Shown here piece by piece: positions 1 through 14,248 of a stretch of DNA of 64,000 bases. The stretch's first letter is position 1. Each line of letters starts with the position of its first letter. The DNA is from an uncultured Acidobacteriota bacterium (GTDB lineage: Bacteria; Actinomycetota; Acidimicrobiia; Spongiisociales; ZC4RG35). The notes beneath the pieces were generated by a model that had not been told where the DNA came from, searched no databases, and saw only the letters and a program-made list of their open reading frames with translations. Position numbers and translations under genes: made by a program. The stretch spans positions 4,577-68,576 of the forward strand of contig CAWHEU010000022.1 in NCBI GenBank assembly GCA_963828465.1, in the 5' to 3' direction.

Positions 1-1
1 G

Positions 2-310
2 CTCGAGGTGGTTTACAAAACTGGGGAGAATGTCCATCTCCCGGAACTTCTCCGCTTGCGAGCCGTGTACTCGTTGGCCCAGGGAGGCGATGAGATGGAG
101 GCGGTGGCCGACCTGACCGAGGCGATGCGGGTTGCATCGGAGCAGGGGGCACGGGTGGCCCGGCTCCGTGCCGGCATCGAACTGGCCCGGCTCCCTGAGG
201 CTGTGCGACCCCACGACTGGCGCATCCTGCTCACGCAGGCGAGAGGCGACATCACATCATCGCTTCCAACAGGCGAAACGGCCGACGCCGACGATTTGCT
301 CGCCGTTTGA
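2..310 (+). CDS. 3'-end fragment of a gene truncated by the window start; helical C-terminal region, product unknown
   Basis: Open frame runs from the window edge to a TGA at 308-310. The frame is Ala/Leu/Arg-rich and helical-looking. No diagnostic motif. Confidence 0.3.
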   Translation, partial: LEVVYKTGENVHLPELLRLRAVYSLAQGGDEMEAVADLTEAMRVASEQGARVARLRAGIELARLPEAVRPHDWRILLTQARGDITSSLPTGETADADDLLAV

Positions 311-311
311 C

Positions 312-2378
312 GTGTCCCTGCCGCGCGTTGTCATCCTGGGGGGCGGCATGGCGGGGCTGGCCACTGCCTGGGAGCTGAGCTCGGGTGAATGGAGGGAGCG
401 TCTCGGATCGATCACCGTCTACCAGCGTGGCTGGCGGCTCGGGGGCAAGGGAGCGAGCAGCCGTGGCCGCCACGGACGCATCGAAGAGCACGGGCTCCAC
501 GTCCTGCTCGGTTACTACGACGCCACCTTCAGGTTGCTTCGGGAGGTGTACGACGAGCTGGACCGGACGGTCTCCGACCCGAATTGCCCCATCCGCAGTT
601 GGCAGGAAGCGGTGGCCCCCACGGGTGACGTCGGGCTCGCCGAACACGACGGGTCCGCCTGGTCCCATTTCGTCACCACGTTCTCCCAAAACGGCTCCCT
701 CCCCGGGGAGCTCGGGGCCGAGGACCGGCCTCTGCCTCCCCTGGAAGTTGCAGTACGCGCGATGCGGCTTCTCGTCGATTTCCATCGGTCGTTGGGCTCG
801 TCGTCGGATTCCACCCGACTCCACCTGAGTGGCTCCCCGGTGCCCAGGTCGAGGCGGCCCGATCTGGAGACTCTGATCCGAGCTGGTGGGCTCACCGCCC
901 TTGCCGCATTGTTGGAGGCCACTGAGCGCGCCGCCCGGATCGCCGCAGATGCCGCCCTCCCTTCCTCCACGGTGCAGACACTCGCTGGCGTCCTCGGTGG
1001 GTGGCGCGACGGGATACGGGCGGCGGTCATGGCCGATCCGGCGGCGCGTCGCACCTGGCAGCTCGTTGACCTCGTGGTGACCAACGTTGTGGGGATGTCG
1101 GCCGACGGGCTGTTGTCGGGCTCCGGCTACGAACGAATCGACCATCTCGACTACCGGGAATGGCTGGCCATGCACGGCGCCGCAAGAGAGACACTCGACT
1201 CGCCCATCGTGCGCGGCATGTACGACCTCACCTTCGCCTACGAGGGGGGCGACCGGGCCAGACCCCGTTTCGCGGCGGGGCTTGGACTCCAGTTGGCGAG
1301 CCGGATGCTGTTCGACTTCAAAGGCTCCATCTTCTGGCGGATGCAGGCCGGGATGGGCGAGGTGGTTTTCGCCCCTCTCTATCAGGCCCTGATCGGTCGT
1401 GGTGTCGAGTTCCGCTTCTTTCACCGCCTCGACCGGCTTGGCCTGACCGATGGCGGCGCAATTGGGTTGATCGAGCTCACCCGGCAGGCCGAACTGGCGG
1501 CGGGTCGGAGCAGCTACGACCCCCTGGTCCGGGTGGGTGGTCTTCCCTGCTGGCCGGCTCGCCCAGTCGTCGAGCAACTCGACGCCGATCCCGGGGATCA
1601 TCTCGAATCGCATTGGGGACCGGAGCCCGGAACTGGGAACGAGCGGCTTCTCGCCGGCGAGCACTTCGACGTCGTGGTTCTCGCTGTGTCGTTGGGGATG
1701 GTGCCCTACGTTGCATCGGAACTGGTGGGCGCCGACCGGGCCTGGCGGGACATGGTGGACCGGGTAGCGACGGTTGCCACAAGGTCCGCGCAGCTGTGGC
1801 TCACCGCCACCGAGTCCGACATGGGGTGGGACGGCCCGCCTGGTGTCACTCTCAGCGGGTTCGGCGACTCCTTCGACACCTGGGCCTCGATGTCGCACCT
1901 CCTCCCGATGGAAGCCTGGCCAACCGCCAGGCCGCCGCAGAGCATCGCCTACCTCTGTGGCGCCACAACCGATATCGACCCGGCAGACGGTGAGGAGGCG
2001 GTGCGCGGCGCCCTCGCCCGTTTCCTCGACGAGGAGGTCGGTGCACTTTGGCCCGCAGCTCAGGAGGCCGATGGGTTTCGCTGGGATTTGCTGTGGGACG
2101 AGCAGGGGCGGAGGGGAAGCGACCGGCTGAGCGGGCAGTACTTCAGGGCCAACCTCGACCCCTCGGACCGCTATGTGCAGTCACTGCCTGGCTCGGGCCG
2201 GTATCGCATCGCCCCAGGCGAGACTGGGTTCGACAACCTCGTCGTGGCCGGCGATTGGACCGCATGCGGTCTCGACGCCGGTTCCGTGGAGGCGGCCACG
2301 CGCTCTGGCATCCTGGCTGCGCGCTCCATCCTCGATGGCTCCATCGGCGATATGCATGGGATGGAGGGAGTGGCATGA
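312..2378 (+). CDS. FAD-dependent oxidoreductase, amine-oxidase/phytoene-desaturase-like family
   Basis: N-terminal Rossmann dinucleotide motif VVILGGGMAGLATAWEL followed by YQRGWRLGGK...EHGLHV. The C-terminal AGDWTACGLDAGSVEAATRSGILAA is typical of the FAD-binding tail of this family. A GTG start at 312 lies just upstream of the GxGxxG motif. The stop overlaps the next start (ATGA at 2375). Confidence 0.8.
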   Translation: MSLPRVVILGGGMAGLATAWELSSGEWRERLGSITVYQRGWRLGGKGASSRGRHGRIEEHGLHVLLGYYDATFRLLREVYDELDRTVSDPNCPIRSWQEAVAPTGDVGLAEHDGSAWSHFVTTFSQNGSLPGELGAEDRPLPPLEVAVRAMRLLVDFHRSLGSSSDSTRLHLSGSPVPRSRRPDLETLIRAGGLTALAALLEATERAARIAADAALPSSTVQTLAGVLGGWRDGIRAAVMADPAARRTWQLVDLVVTNVVGMSADGLLSGSGYERIDHLDYREWLAMHGAARETLDSPIVRGMYDLTFAYEGGDRARPRFAAGLGLQLASRMLFDFKGSIFWRMQAGMGEVVFAPLYQALIGRGVEFRFFHRLDRLGLTDGGAIGLIELTRQAELAAGRSSYDPLVRVGGLPCWPARPVVEQLDADPGDHLESHWGPEPGTGNERLLAGEHFDVVVLAVSLGMVPYVASELVGADRAWRDMVDRVATVATRSAQLWLTATESDMGWDGPPGVTLSGFGDSFDTWASMSHLLPMEAWPTARPPQSIAYLCGATTDIDPADGEEAVRGALARFLDEEVGALWPAAQEADGFRWDLLWDEQGRRGSDRLSGQYFRANLDPSDRYVQSLPGSGRYRIAPGETGFDNLVVAGDWTACGLDAGSVEAATRSGILAARSILDGSIGDMHGMEGVA

Positions 2379-3004
2379 CCACCGATCGGTCCGCCAAGGA
2401 AGCCCTTCGGGCCAGGCATCTGGTCGGAGACGTGCAGCGTTTCGGATTGTTCTCGGCCGCCTCGGTGGTCGATCGCTACAACGCCATGGTGGATCGGGCC
2501 ATGGTCGACGACGGAATCGCATCGGTGCCTCCGTCGGGGGACGGGCTCGACCCCGGGTCGCTCGTCGACCGAGCAGCACGGCTGGCAGAGGCCTATCTAC
2601 GGCTTCTCGAGACCACGGCGGTGATCGCATCTCAAGTCGGACGGGGCCAGGCCAGGCCAGAGATGGAAACGATCATCTTGCCCCCGGCGCGGCCGGCGAG
2701 CAGCTCCGAGACTTCGCTGTGGTTGCACAATCCCACCTCGGCGGCGTCGACCGGCATCGAGATCTCGGTGACCGGGCTCATCTCCCCGAAAGGTGCGACC
2801 ATCCCTGCCTCGGCGGTGCGGACTACTCCTCGGAGCGTCGACCACCTCGACCCCTCGACCAGCCGGGAGGTCCGGCTGAGCGTCGATATCCCCCAAGACC
2901 AGCCGGCGGGCATGTACTTCGGATTGGCCCTGATCTCGGATAGTCCCGGTGACGCCATCTCACTCTTGCTGAAGGTGGAACCTTCGGAGGAGGCCAGATC
3001 ATGA
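2375..3004 (+). CDS. hypothetical protein (~209 aa), translationally coupled on both sides
   Basis: ATGA overlap with the upstream stop (2375-2378) and with the downstream start (3001-3004). Good coding periodicity. No recognisable motif. Confidence 0.55.
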   Translation: MTTDRSAKEALRARHLVGDVQRFGLFSAASVVDRYNAMVDRAMVDDGIASVPPSGDGLDPGSLVDRAARLAEAYLRLLETTAVIASQVGRGQARPEMETIILPPARPASSSETSLWLHNPTSAASTGIEISVTGLISPKGATIPASAVRTTPRSVDHLDPSTSREVRLSVDIPQDQPAGMYFGLALISDSPGDAISLLLKVEPSEEARS

Positions 3005-4035
3005 CCACGGTCGGCACCGATTTCCTCGACGAACTCGAGACGTACACCGAGATGGCTCGTCGCGCCGCCCTCTCGTATCTCCCGGAACGGAGAGAGACGG
3101 ATTACCTAGTCGACCCCGCTTTGGAGTATCTGGGGCGACCCGGGAAGGGACTTCGGCCGGCGTTGTGCCTGGCCACCTGCGAGGCCTTCGGAGGTGGGGT
3201 CGACGAAGCGATGCCGACGGCGGCCGCCCTCGAGCTCCTCCACACCGCCTTTCTGGTCCATGACGACGTCGAGGACGACAGTGAACTGCGCCGGGGCGAG
3301 CCCACCCTGCATCGCACCTACGGCCGTGCCCTCGCCATCAACGCCGGTGACGGACTCGCTGTTTTCGCACTCGGCGCTCTGAGGGAGAACGACCGAAAGC
3401 TGGGACGTCGTCTCGCCGCCCGGATCTGGTCCGAGTTCGACTTCATGGCACGTCAGACCGTAGAAGGACAAGCCATCGAGCTGGGATGGCAGCGTGATGC
3501 ACACCACGACCTGACCCCCGACGACTATCTCGACCTGATCATGAAGAAGACCTGCTGGTACACCACGGTGTTGCCGCTGAGGGTGGGGGCGCTGATCGGT
3601 AGCAAGAGGGCGGTGGAGCTCAGACCGATGCTGCGATTCGGGTTCTTCCTGGGCGCGGCCTTCCAGATCCGCGACGACATCCTCAACCTGACCGGGTCTC
3701 CCGAGCTGTATGGCAAGGAGCCCCTGGGAGATATCCGCGAGGGCAAGCGGACGTTGATTCTCCTTCATCTACTCGCCGCCACCACCCCTGCGGACCAGGA
3801 GCAGGTCGAGCGTTACCTTGCCATGGACCGGGTTGACCGATCCGACGCTGTGATCGCGGAGATCTTCACGATGATGCAGGACTACGGGAGTGTGGCGTTT
3901 GCCGAGGAGTTCGCCCGAGGTATCGCCCGATCAGCCGCGGTCGCATTCGACGAGGCCTTCGCCGATGTACCGGATTCGCCTGCCCGACGTTTCGTGCGCG
4001 ATCTCGTCCCTTATATGGTGGAGCGGGATCGATGA
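3001..4035 (+). CDS. polyprenyl diphosphate synthase (GGPP/FPP synthase family, trans-isoprenyl diphosphate synthase)
   Basis: First Asp-rich motif FLVHDDVEDDSELRRG and second motif FQIRDDILN. Length 344 aa. Confidence 0.9.
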   Translation: MTTVGTDFLDELETYTEMARRAALSYLPERRETDYLVDPALEYLGRPGKGLRPALCLATCEAFGGGVDEAMPTAAALELLHTAFLVHDDVEDDSELRRGEPTLHRTYGRALAINAGDGLAVFALGALRENDRKLGRRLAARIWSEFDFMARQTVEGQAIELGWQRDAHHDLTPDDYLDLIMKKTCWYTTVLPLRVGALIGSKRAVELRPMLRFGFFLGAAFQIRDDILNLTGSPELYGKEPLGDIREGKRTLILLHLLAATTPADQEQVERYLAMDRVDRSDAVIAEIFTMMQDYGSVAFAEEFARGIARSAAVAFDEAFADVPDSPARRFVRDLVPYMVERDR

Positions 4036-4045
4036 GCCGGTACGG

Positions 4046-8772
<4,727 letters not shown>

Positions 8773-8805
8773 CTGACGCGCCCGCGGACGAACCGAGGGA
8801 CCGGG

Positions 8806-9003
8806 TCAGCCCTCCTCGGGCATGATCACCCAGAGGACGATGTAGATGAGGACCTGGGGGCCGGGGAGAATCAGCGAGAGCACGAACAGGAGCCTCATCA
8901 CCCCGTGGCTCATTCCGAAACGGTCGGCCAGGCCCGCAGCAACCCCGGCAATCATCCGATCTTCCTTGGGCCTCACCAGTCGAGGCGTCTGACGATCAGT
9001 CAT
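8806..9003 (-). CDS. PspC-domain small membrane protein
   Basis: MIAGVAAGLADRFGMSHGVMRLLFVLSLIL matches the PspC domain core. One TM helix. Confidence 0.7.
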   Translation of the reverse strand: MTDRQTPRLVRPKEDRMIAGVAAGLADRFGMSHGVMRLLFVLSLILPGPQVLIYIVLWVIMPEEG

Positions 9004-9061
9004 CTTTCCACCCTATCGGAGTCCGATCCCCGGACCTCCCGGTCGCTAGCTTCCTGGCTCC

Positions 9062-10090
9062 ATGGCTCCGGATCGCAACGGACCTCGAACAATCGACATC
9101 CACACCCATGTGATACCGCGCCAACTCGCCGAATCGGCCGAGCGAGGGGAGGCTCGTCACGGCATCATCTTTGGACGCGATACGAACGGACGAATCACGG
9201 GCTCGGTAGGGCCGACGACCTTCTCCATAGCATGGCCGAACATCCTGGAGACAGCCGAGGAGCGGATTCGGGCGATGGACGAGATGCGGGTCGATATGCA
9301 GGTCCTCTCGCTGAGCCCATTGATGCATTGGTACGAGCTCGACGCCAGTGCAGGTGTGCCTATGGCGAAGGAAGCGAATGACGACCTCGCCGAGATGGTT
9401 GCCACCAGCCCCGACCGGTTTGCCGCTCTCGCTTACCTCCCGCTGCAGGACCCAGCTGCAGCCGTCGCCGAGCTGGAGCGGTGCATCAGGGACCACGGGT
9501 TCCTCGGTGTGATGGTGGGGAGCCACGTCAACGGTCTCGACTGGGATGCCGAGGGGCTGTTCCCCGTCCTGGCCGCGGCCCGAGACCTGGGTGCGCTGGT
9601 GTTCGTCCATCCCGCCCATGGCCGGGCCAATTCATTTCTCACCCGTTATCACCTGCGCAATTTGATCGGCAACCCCTTCGAAACCACCGTCGCCATCGCC
9701 AGCCTGATCTTCGGTGGCGTGCTCGACCGGCTCCCCGATCTCGACATCTGCTTTGCACACGGGGGTGGGTACGCCTGCCTAGGCGCTGCTCGACTCGACC
9801 AGGGCCGGCAAGTCCGGGACGAGGCAGACTCATCCAGTCTTCCGTCTGACTATCTCCGGCGCCTCTACTTCGACTCTCTGGTGTTCAGCAATCGCGGACT
9901 GAGCAATCTGATCGAGGTCGTCGGCGCCGACCGGGTCGTCCTGGGCAGCGACTATCCGGCCGACATGGGAGAGCCGCGGCCCGTCGAGTTCATCGAGTCA
10001 CATCCTGAGCTGACCGACGACGAGCGTCGGCTCATCCTCGGTGTGAATATGGAGAGACTGCTGATTCGACCGGTCAGCTCGACGCCCTGA
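9062..10090 (+). CDS. amidohydrolase-2 family metal-dependent hydrolase/decarboxylase (ACMSD-like)
   Basis: IDIHTHVIP near the N-terminus, then ...VFVHPAHG... and FAHGGG. Paralog of the 11264..12274 gene. Confidence 0.85.
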   Translation: MAPDRNGPRTIDIHTHVIPRQLAESAERGEARHGIIFGRDTNGRITGSVGPTTFSIAWPNILETAEERIRAMDEMRVDMQVLSLSPLMHWYELDASAGVPMAKEANDDLAEMVATSPDRFAALAYLPLQDPAAAVAELERCIRDHGFLGVMVGSHVNGLDWDAEGLFPVLAAARDLGALVFVHPAHGRANSFLTRYHLRNLIGNPFETTVAIASLIFGGVLDRLPDLDICFAHGGGYACLGAARLDQGRQVRDEADSSSLPSDYLRRLYFDSLVFSNRGLSNLIEVVGADRVVLGSDYPADMGEPRPVEFIESHPELTDDERRLILGVNMERLLIRPVSSTP

Positions 10091-11111
10091 CAAGGAACGT
10101 GGCCATCTGGTCGCGTCGGATCGGATCGTCCGGGCAGTACCTGGTGTTCTCCGGTGGGTTGCAGCCGAGTGTGATCCCGGCTGCGCCCAACCGGTTGATG
10201 GCATCCTCGAAGATGTGACCGCGGTCGTCACCGAAGTAGTCGGTAGTGGCGGCCGGGAGATCAAAGGCGCGAACCAGGAACGCCGCCATCTCGCCTCGAG
10301 TCATCGTGCGGTCGGGACAGAACCTGGTGTTCTGGGGCGGGTTGCAGCCCTGCGTTATGCCCGTGGTGGCAACCTGGTTGATCGCGTTCTCGAACGTCGA
10401 GGCGCTGTCGTCGTTGAAATGGTCTCCGTCGGCTCGGGGCAAATCCAATGCTCGAGCGATGAACGCAGCCATGGCCCCGCGGGTGACGGAGTCATCAGGG
10501 CAGAACAGCGAGTTGTCGGGTGGGTTGCAGCCGACAGTGATCCCTTTGGCCGCGATGGCCTCGATGTTCGGTTCGTGGAGGTTGCCGTCATCGTCGGCGA
10601 AGGTGCCGTTGTAGCCGGGCGTGCGGGTGGCGCTGGCATCAGTTGGTGGTGGTTCGGCGCTCGTGTCGCCCCTCCCGACGAAGACCACCGTGACATACAG
10701 AGAGCCGCCACTGGTGTCGGTCCCGATCCCGACGTAGTTGTAGTCACCCAGCATGTTCGCTTTATGACCGGGGGAGGCCATGAACGCGTTGTGAAGTGAG
10801 GTTGGGGAGCTCCCCTTCCCGACGTTCTCAGCGATCCCTGACCAGCCGGGGCCGGCTGCGGCGGTCAGCTCTGCTTCACTGGAGTGGTAGAGCTCACCCG
10901 CCGCCGCCATTTCTTCAGCATGGCTTCGGGCGTACGAGCGCAAATCCGCGTCGAGCTGCAGAGCGCCGAGGCCATTCGCGGCCCGGGTCGCATTGATCTT
11001 CGACAGGAATTCTGACTCGGTCTCGCTATCCGCGGCCGCGACAGGGGCAAGGGCGAAAAGAGTCAGCGCGACGAAAACGAGCGACATCATCCAACGACTG
11101 CTTCCGCGCAT
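10074..11111 (-). CDS. secreted CAP (SCP/PR-1, YkwD-like) domain protein with three C-terminal SLH-like tandem repeats
   Basis: Signal peptide MMSLVFVALTLFALAPVAAA. CAP motifs (LRSYARSHAEEMA, GHKANMLGDYNYVGIG). Three ~48-aa repeats GIT(V/Q/L)GCNPPxNxxFCPDxxxTRGxMAAFLxRAxDLP resembling S-layer-homology domains. Start chosen at the ATG at 11111; the ORF extends to 11198. Confidence 0.75.
   Translation of the reverse strand: MRGSSRWMMSLVFVALTLFALAPVAAADSETESEFLSKINATRAANGLGALQLDADLRSYARSHAEEMAAAGELYHSSEAELTAAAGPGWSGIAENVGKGSSPTSLHNAFMASPGHKANMLGDYNYVGIGTDTSGGSLYVTVVFVGRGDTSAEPPPTDASATRTPGYNGTFADDDGNLHEPNIEAIAAKGITVGCNPPDNSLFCPDDSVTRGAMAAFIARALDLPRADGDHFNDDSASTFENAINQVATTGITQGCNPPQNTRFCPDRTMTRGEMAAFLVRAFDLPAATTDYFGDDRGHIFEDAINRLGAAGITLGCNPPENTRYCPDDPIRRDQMATFLVRASS
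10080..10560 (-). repeat. three tandem ~144-bp coding repeats (SLH-like modules) inside the CAP-domain gene
   Basis: The near-identical peptide blocks ...GNLHEPNIEAIAAKGITVGCNPPDNSLFCPDDSVTRGAMAAFIARALDLP / ...FENAINQVATTGITQGCNPPQNTRFCPDRTMTRGEMAAFLVRAFDLP / ...FEDAINRLGAAGITLGCNPPENTRYCPDDPIRRDQMATFLVRA recur three times. Confidence 0.7.
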
Positions 11112-11263
11112 CCGTGAGTAATCGGCGCCGGCGACGATTTTCTTTAGGTGGTGGCCTGCCCTCCTTTCCTGCACACGTTTGTGGTATATACCGATCACGA
11201 GCGGCGGCTCATCGTTGGAGGAGACATGGAGCGACTGCGGGCGGCTTTGACTGGCACCCCGGC
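11112..11263. promoter_or_regulatory. divergent intergenic/promoter region with an AT-rich patch (cgtttgtggtatatacc)
   Basis: Lies between the divergently transcribed CAP/SLH gene and the second amidohydrolase. It is the only AT-rich stretch locally in ~70% GC DNA. Confidence 0.3.
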
Positions 11264-12274
11264 GTGACAGGCACCGAGGCTCGTTCGGTGGTAGATGTCC
11301 ACAGCCATCTCCTTCCGAGGTCGGCCATCGCCGCTGCCGAGAAGGGTACCGACTGGTTCGGGTCGCGAATCGAGATCGACGACCTCGGCCGTCCCGAGAT
11401 CGTGACCGGCGACTACCGGGTCTCGATGGGCGGCCCGGCGCACTGGGAATCGATCGAGAAAAGGATCGCCCGCATGGACGACACGGGCGTCGACAGCCAG
11501 GTCATCTCACTCAACCCGATCCTGTTCCGCTACTACCTCGACCCCGACGACGCCATCGAATGCTCGAAGGCAGTCAACGACGAAATCGCCGGCATTGTCG
11601 CCGACCATCCCGATCGATTCGCCGGCTACGGGACCCTGCCAATGCAGGAACCCGCCGCCGCAGTGGGCGAACTGGAGCGGGTGATGTCCACCGCCGGGAT
11701 GGTCGGGGTGAGCGTCGGCACCCACGTCGGCGGGCTGAACTGGGACGAACCCGACCTCTTCCCGGTCCTCGAGGCTGCCGAGCAATCCAATGCCCTTGTC
11801 TTCGTCCACCCAGCCGCCTCCCGGCTGAAGGAGGCACTGCCTCGATATCACATGCGCAATTTCATCGCCAACCCCACCGAGACCACCATCGCCATCGGGT
11901 CTCTCATCTTCGGCGGCATCCTCGATCGTCTGCCCGGTCTCCGTCTCCTCTTCGCCCACGGTGGCGGCTACGCGTGTTGGGCCTACGCCCGTTTCGACCA
12001 TGGTCACGAGGTCAGACCCGAGGCCCGCGAGCATATTTCCAAGCTTCCGTCCGACTATCTGAGTGCCCTGTGGTACGACTCGCTGGTTCACGGGTACGGC
12101 AATCTGCGTCGGCTCGTCGACGTAGTCGGGATTGACCAGGTGGTATTGGGAACGGATTTCCCTGCCGACATGGGCCAGCCCGACCCGGTGGCCTGGATCG
12201 AGGGGAGCGACCTGTCCGAAACGGAGAAGGTCGCGGTGCTCGGTACGAATGCAGAAAGGTTGCTCGGATGGTGA
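11264..12274 (+). CDS. amidohydrolase-2 family hydrolase/decarboxylase (paralog of the 9062 gene)
   Basis: VDVHSHLLP, VFVHPAASR and FAHGGGYACWAYARFDHG are collinear with the 9062..10090 protein. The ORF is open from 11114. The GTG at 11264 gives an N-terminus matching the paralog; the 11114 start is also possible. Confidence 0.75.
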   Translation: MTGTEARSVVDVHSHLLPRSAIAAAEKGTDWFGSRIEIDDLGRPEIVTGDYRVSMGGPAHWESIEKRIARMDDTGVDSQVISLNPILFRYYLDPDDAIECSKAVNDEIAGIVADHPDRFAGYGTLPMQEPAAAVGELERVMSTAGMVGVSVGTHVGGLNWDEPDLFPVLEAAEQSNALVFVHPAASRLKEALPRYHMRNFIANPTETTIAIGSLIFGGILDRLPGLRLLFAHGGGYACWAYARFDHGHEVRPEAREHISKLPSDYLSALWYDSLVHGYGNLRRLVDVVGIDQVVLGTDFPADMGQPDPVAWIEGSDLSETEKVAVLGTNAERLLGW

Positions 12275-13218
12275 AGGACCCGTCAATCGAAACCGTCATG
12301 CCGGCTGGCGCCGCCAGGCTTCGTGAGCTCTTCCAGCGTCTCGATCCCAATTTCGCCAAGCTGTCGTCGACTCATCTGTCCAGGCTCCTCAGCCGGCCCG
12401 GGCTCGACGCCCGGACCAGGCTCCTGGTCCTGACGGGCCAGTACGCCACCACCGGGCGACACGACCAGTTGGGGGAAACCATCGAAGCCGCCCTCGATTC
12501 CGAAGTGCGCTCCTCCGACGTCCTCGAGGTCATCCTCCAGTGCTACGTATACACCGGGCCCTGGGTGGTGGCTGCCGCCGGTGGGGTGTATCTCCGAGTC
12601 CTGGAGCGACGGTCGGAGATCGAAGATGACCTGTCGGCCCGTGTCGACGACGGCGCCAACCGCAACTTGGAGGAGGAGCGTGCCACGTGGAGTGACGCTG
12701 ACCGCGACGACCCTCGGCTCCCCGACCTTATCGAACGGTACGGCTGGCACGGGATCTCGACTGGGCTCCGCCTCCGACCCCGTCATCACCTCAACCTCGC
12801 CGCCACCCTCGATGCTCTCGACCCCGACTACCTGCAGACCTGGCTCGACGCGATCTACGGAGGGATGTACGTCCGGGGCGTGCTCGACGACCGCACCAGG
12901 GTCATCTGCGTGGTGGGCAACACGCTGGCGGCGGGGGAGCAGCACCAATCCCGACGTCACATGCGATCCGCCCTCCGCAGCGGCGCCACACCCAAAGAGC
13001 TCCTCGAGGTGATCTTCCAGACCACGGGTCTGTTTGGCCACACCCATCTCATGCCGGCAGCCGTCGACGACCTGGTGCGGATCGTCGACGAGGAGGGACG
13101 TCTCGACGAGCTGGTTGCCCCTGACCGGATCGAAGAAGTCCGTCGGATCGTTGCGGCCCGGGCGGCCAGCCGTGGCGGCATCGCCGAGATCGATCTGAAG
13201 ACATCTGGAGGGGAAGGA
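12268..13218 (+). CDS. carboxymuconolactone decarboxylase (CMD/AhpD-like) family protein, two CMD-like halves; no stop codon before the downstream ketopantoate reductase
   Basis: Start ATG at 12268 overlaps the upstream stop (ATGGTGA). AhpD-like helical sequence. The frame continues without a stop into MSKRIGVLGAGAIG of the next gene. Confidence 0.6.
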
Positions 13219-14245
13219 ATGAGCAAGCGGATCGGGGTGCTCGGTGCCGGGGCCATCGGGAGCAGTGTCGGGGCCGACTTCACCGAGGCGAGGGAAGGAC
13301 GTCGTCCTGATCGACCAGTGGCCGGCCCACGTGGAGACGATGCGCACCGAAGGGCTGCGGGTGGTGATGCCGGACCGAGAGGTGAACGAGAAGGTCCGGG
13401 CGCTCCACATCGGTGAGCTGGCCACCGAGCGGCCCACATTCGATCTCGTGCTCCTCGCCGCCAAGTCCTACGACACCGTCTGGATGTGTCACCTGATCAA
13501 GCCATACCTGGCCGATGACGGTGTGTTCGTCGGCCTTCAGAACGGGATGAACGAGGAGATGATCACCCCGATCGTGGGCAGCGAGCGGTGCATCGCATGT
13601 GTCGTCGAGCTCTCCGCCGAGATCTGGGAGCCGGGGCTGGTGCAACGGGACACCACCAGGGAGGGGACCTGGTTCGCGGTGGGAGAGATCGACGGGGCGA
13701 TCTCCGATCGGGTCGAAGAAGTGGCGGCCTTGCTCCGGCATTCGGCCCGGGTCGACGTCACCGACAACATCTTCGGCGCCAAGTGGTCCAAGCTCGTCGT
13801 CAACTCGATGACCATGGGTCCTTATACACTGCTCGGGCTGAAGAACTGGGAGGCCTCGGCGCTACCGGGGATGACCGAGATCTCGGTGCGGCTCGGACGG
13901 GAGTCGGTGGCCGTAGGGGAGGGGCTCGGATACCGGCTCGAGCCGATCTTCGGGATGAGCGCCGAGCAGTTCAGCGGTACAGGCGACGAGATGCTGGTCA
14001 ACGCGATCCGGGTCCTGCATGGTCACATCGGGAAGGATGCGACCACGGCCACCGTCCAGGATCAGAGGAAGGGCCGCCGCACCGAACTGGAGCACATCAC
14101 GGGGACTGTGGTCCGCAAAGGGCGGGAGGTTGGGGTGCCCACCCCGGCCAACGATGCGGTTATGAAGCTGGCCGGTGAGATCGATCGGGGCGATCGGAAC
14201 ATGGAGCCGGCCAACCTCGACGCCTTGAAGACGCTTCTCGACTGA
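13219..14245 (+). CDS. 2-dehydropantoate 2-reductase (ketopantoate reductase, PanE/ApbA family); 1-nt frameshift at ~13291
   Basis: MSKRIGVLGAGAIGSSVGADFTEA is in the upstream frame and KDVVLIDQWPAHVE...LLAAKSYDT... in the +1 frame. Deleting one A in gaggcgAgggaagg restores TEAGKDVVLID. RBS GGAGGGGAAGGA precedes the ATG at 13219. Confidence 0.75.
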
Positions 14246-14248
14246 GGG

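Noticed and set aside
252-1898. 548-aa minus-strand ORF antisense to the FAD oxidoreductase
   Set aside because: Typical high-GC antisense open frame. Arg/Pro/Gly-rich low-complexity translation with no motifs. The plus-strand gene has clear domain signatures.
11226-11252. ATG preceded by GGAGGAG (MERLRAAL*), a possible tiny leader ORF
   Set aside because: Only 8 codons, with a 3-nt SD spacing. More likely part of the 5' region of the amidohydrolase gene, and cannot be supported from sequence alone.
12283-13464. 393-aa minus-strand ORF antisense to the CMD/KPR genes
   Set aside because: No motifs and low-complexity composition. The sense strand encodes recognisable CMD and KPR domains.
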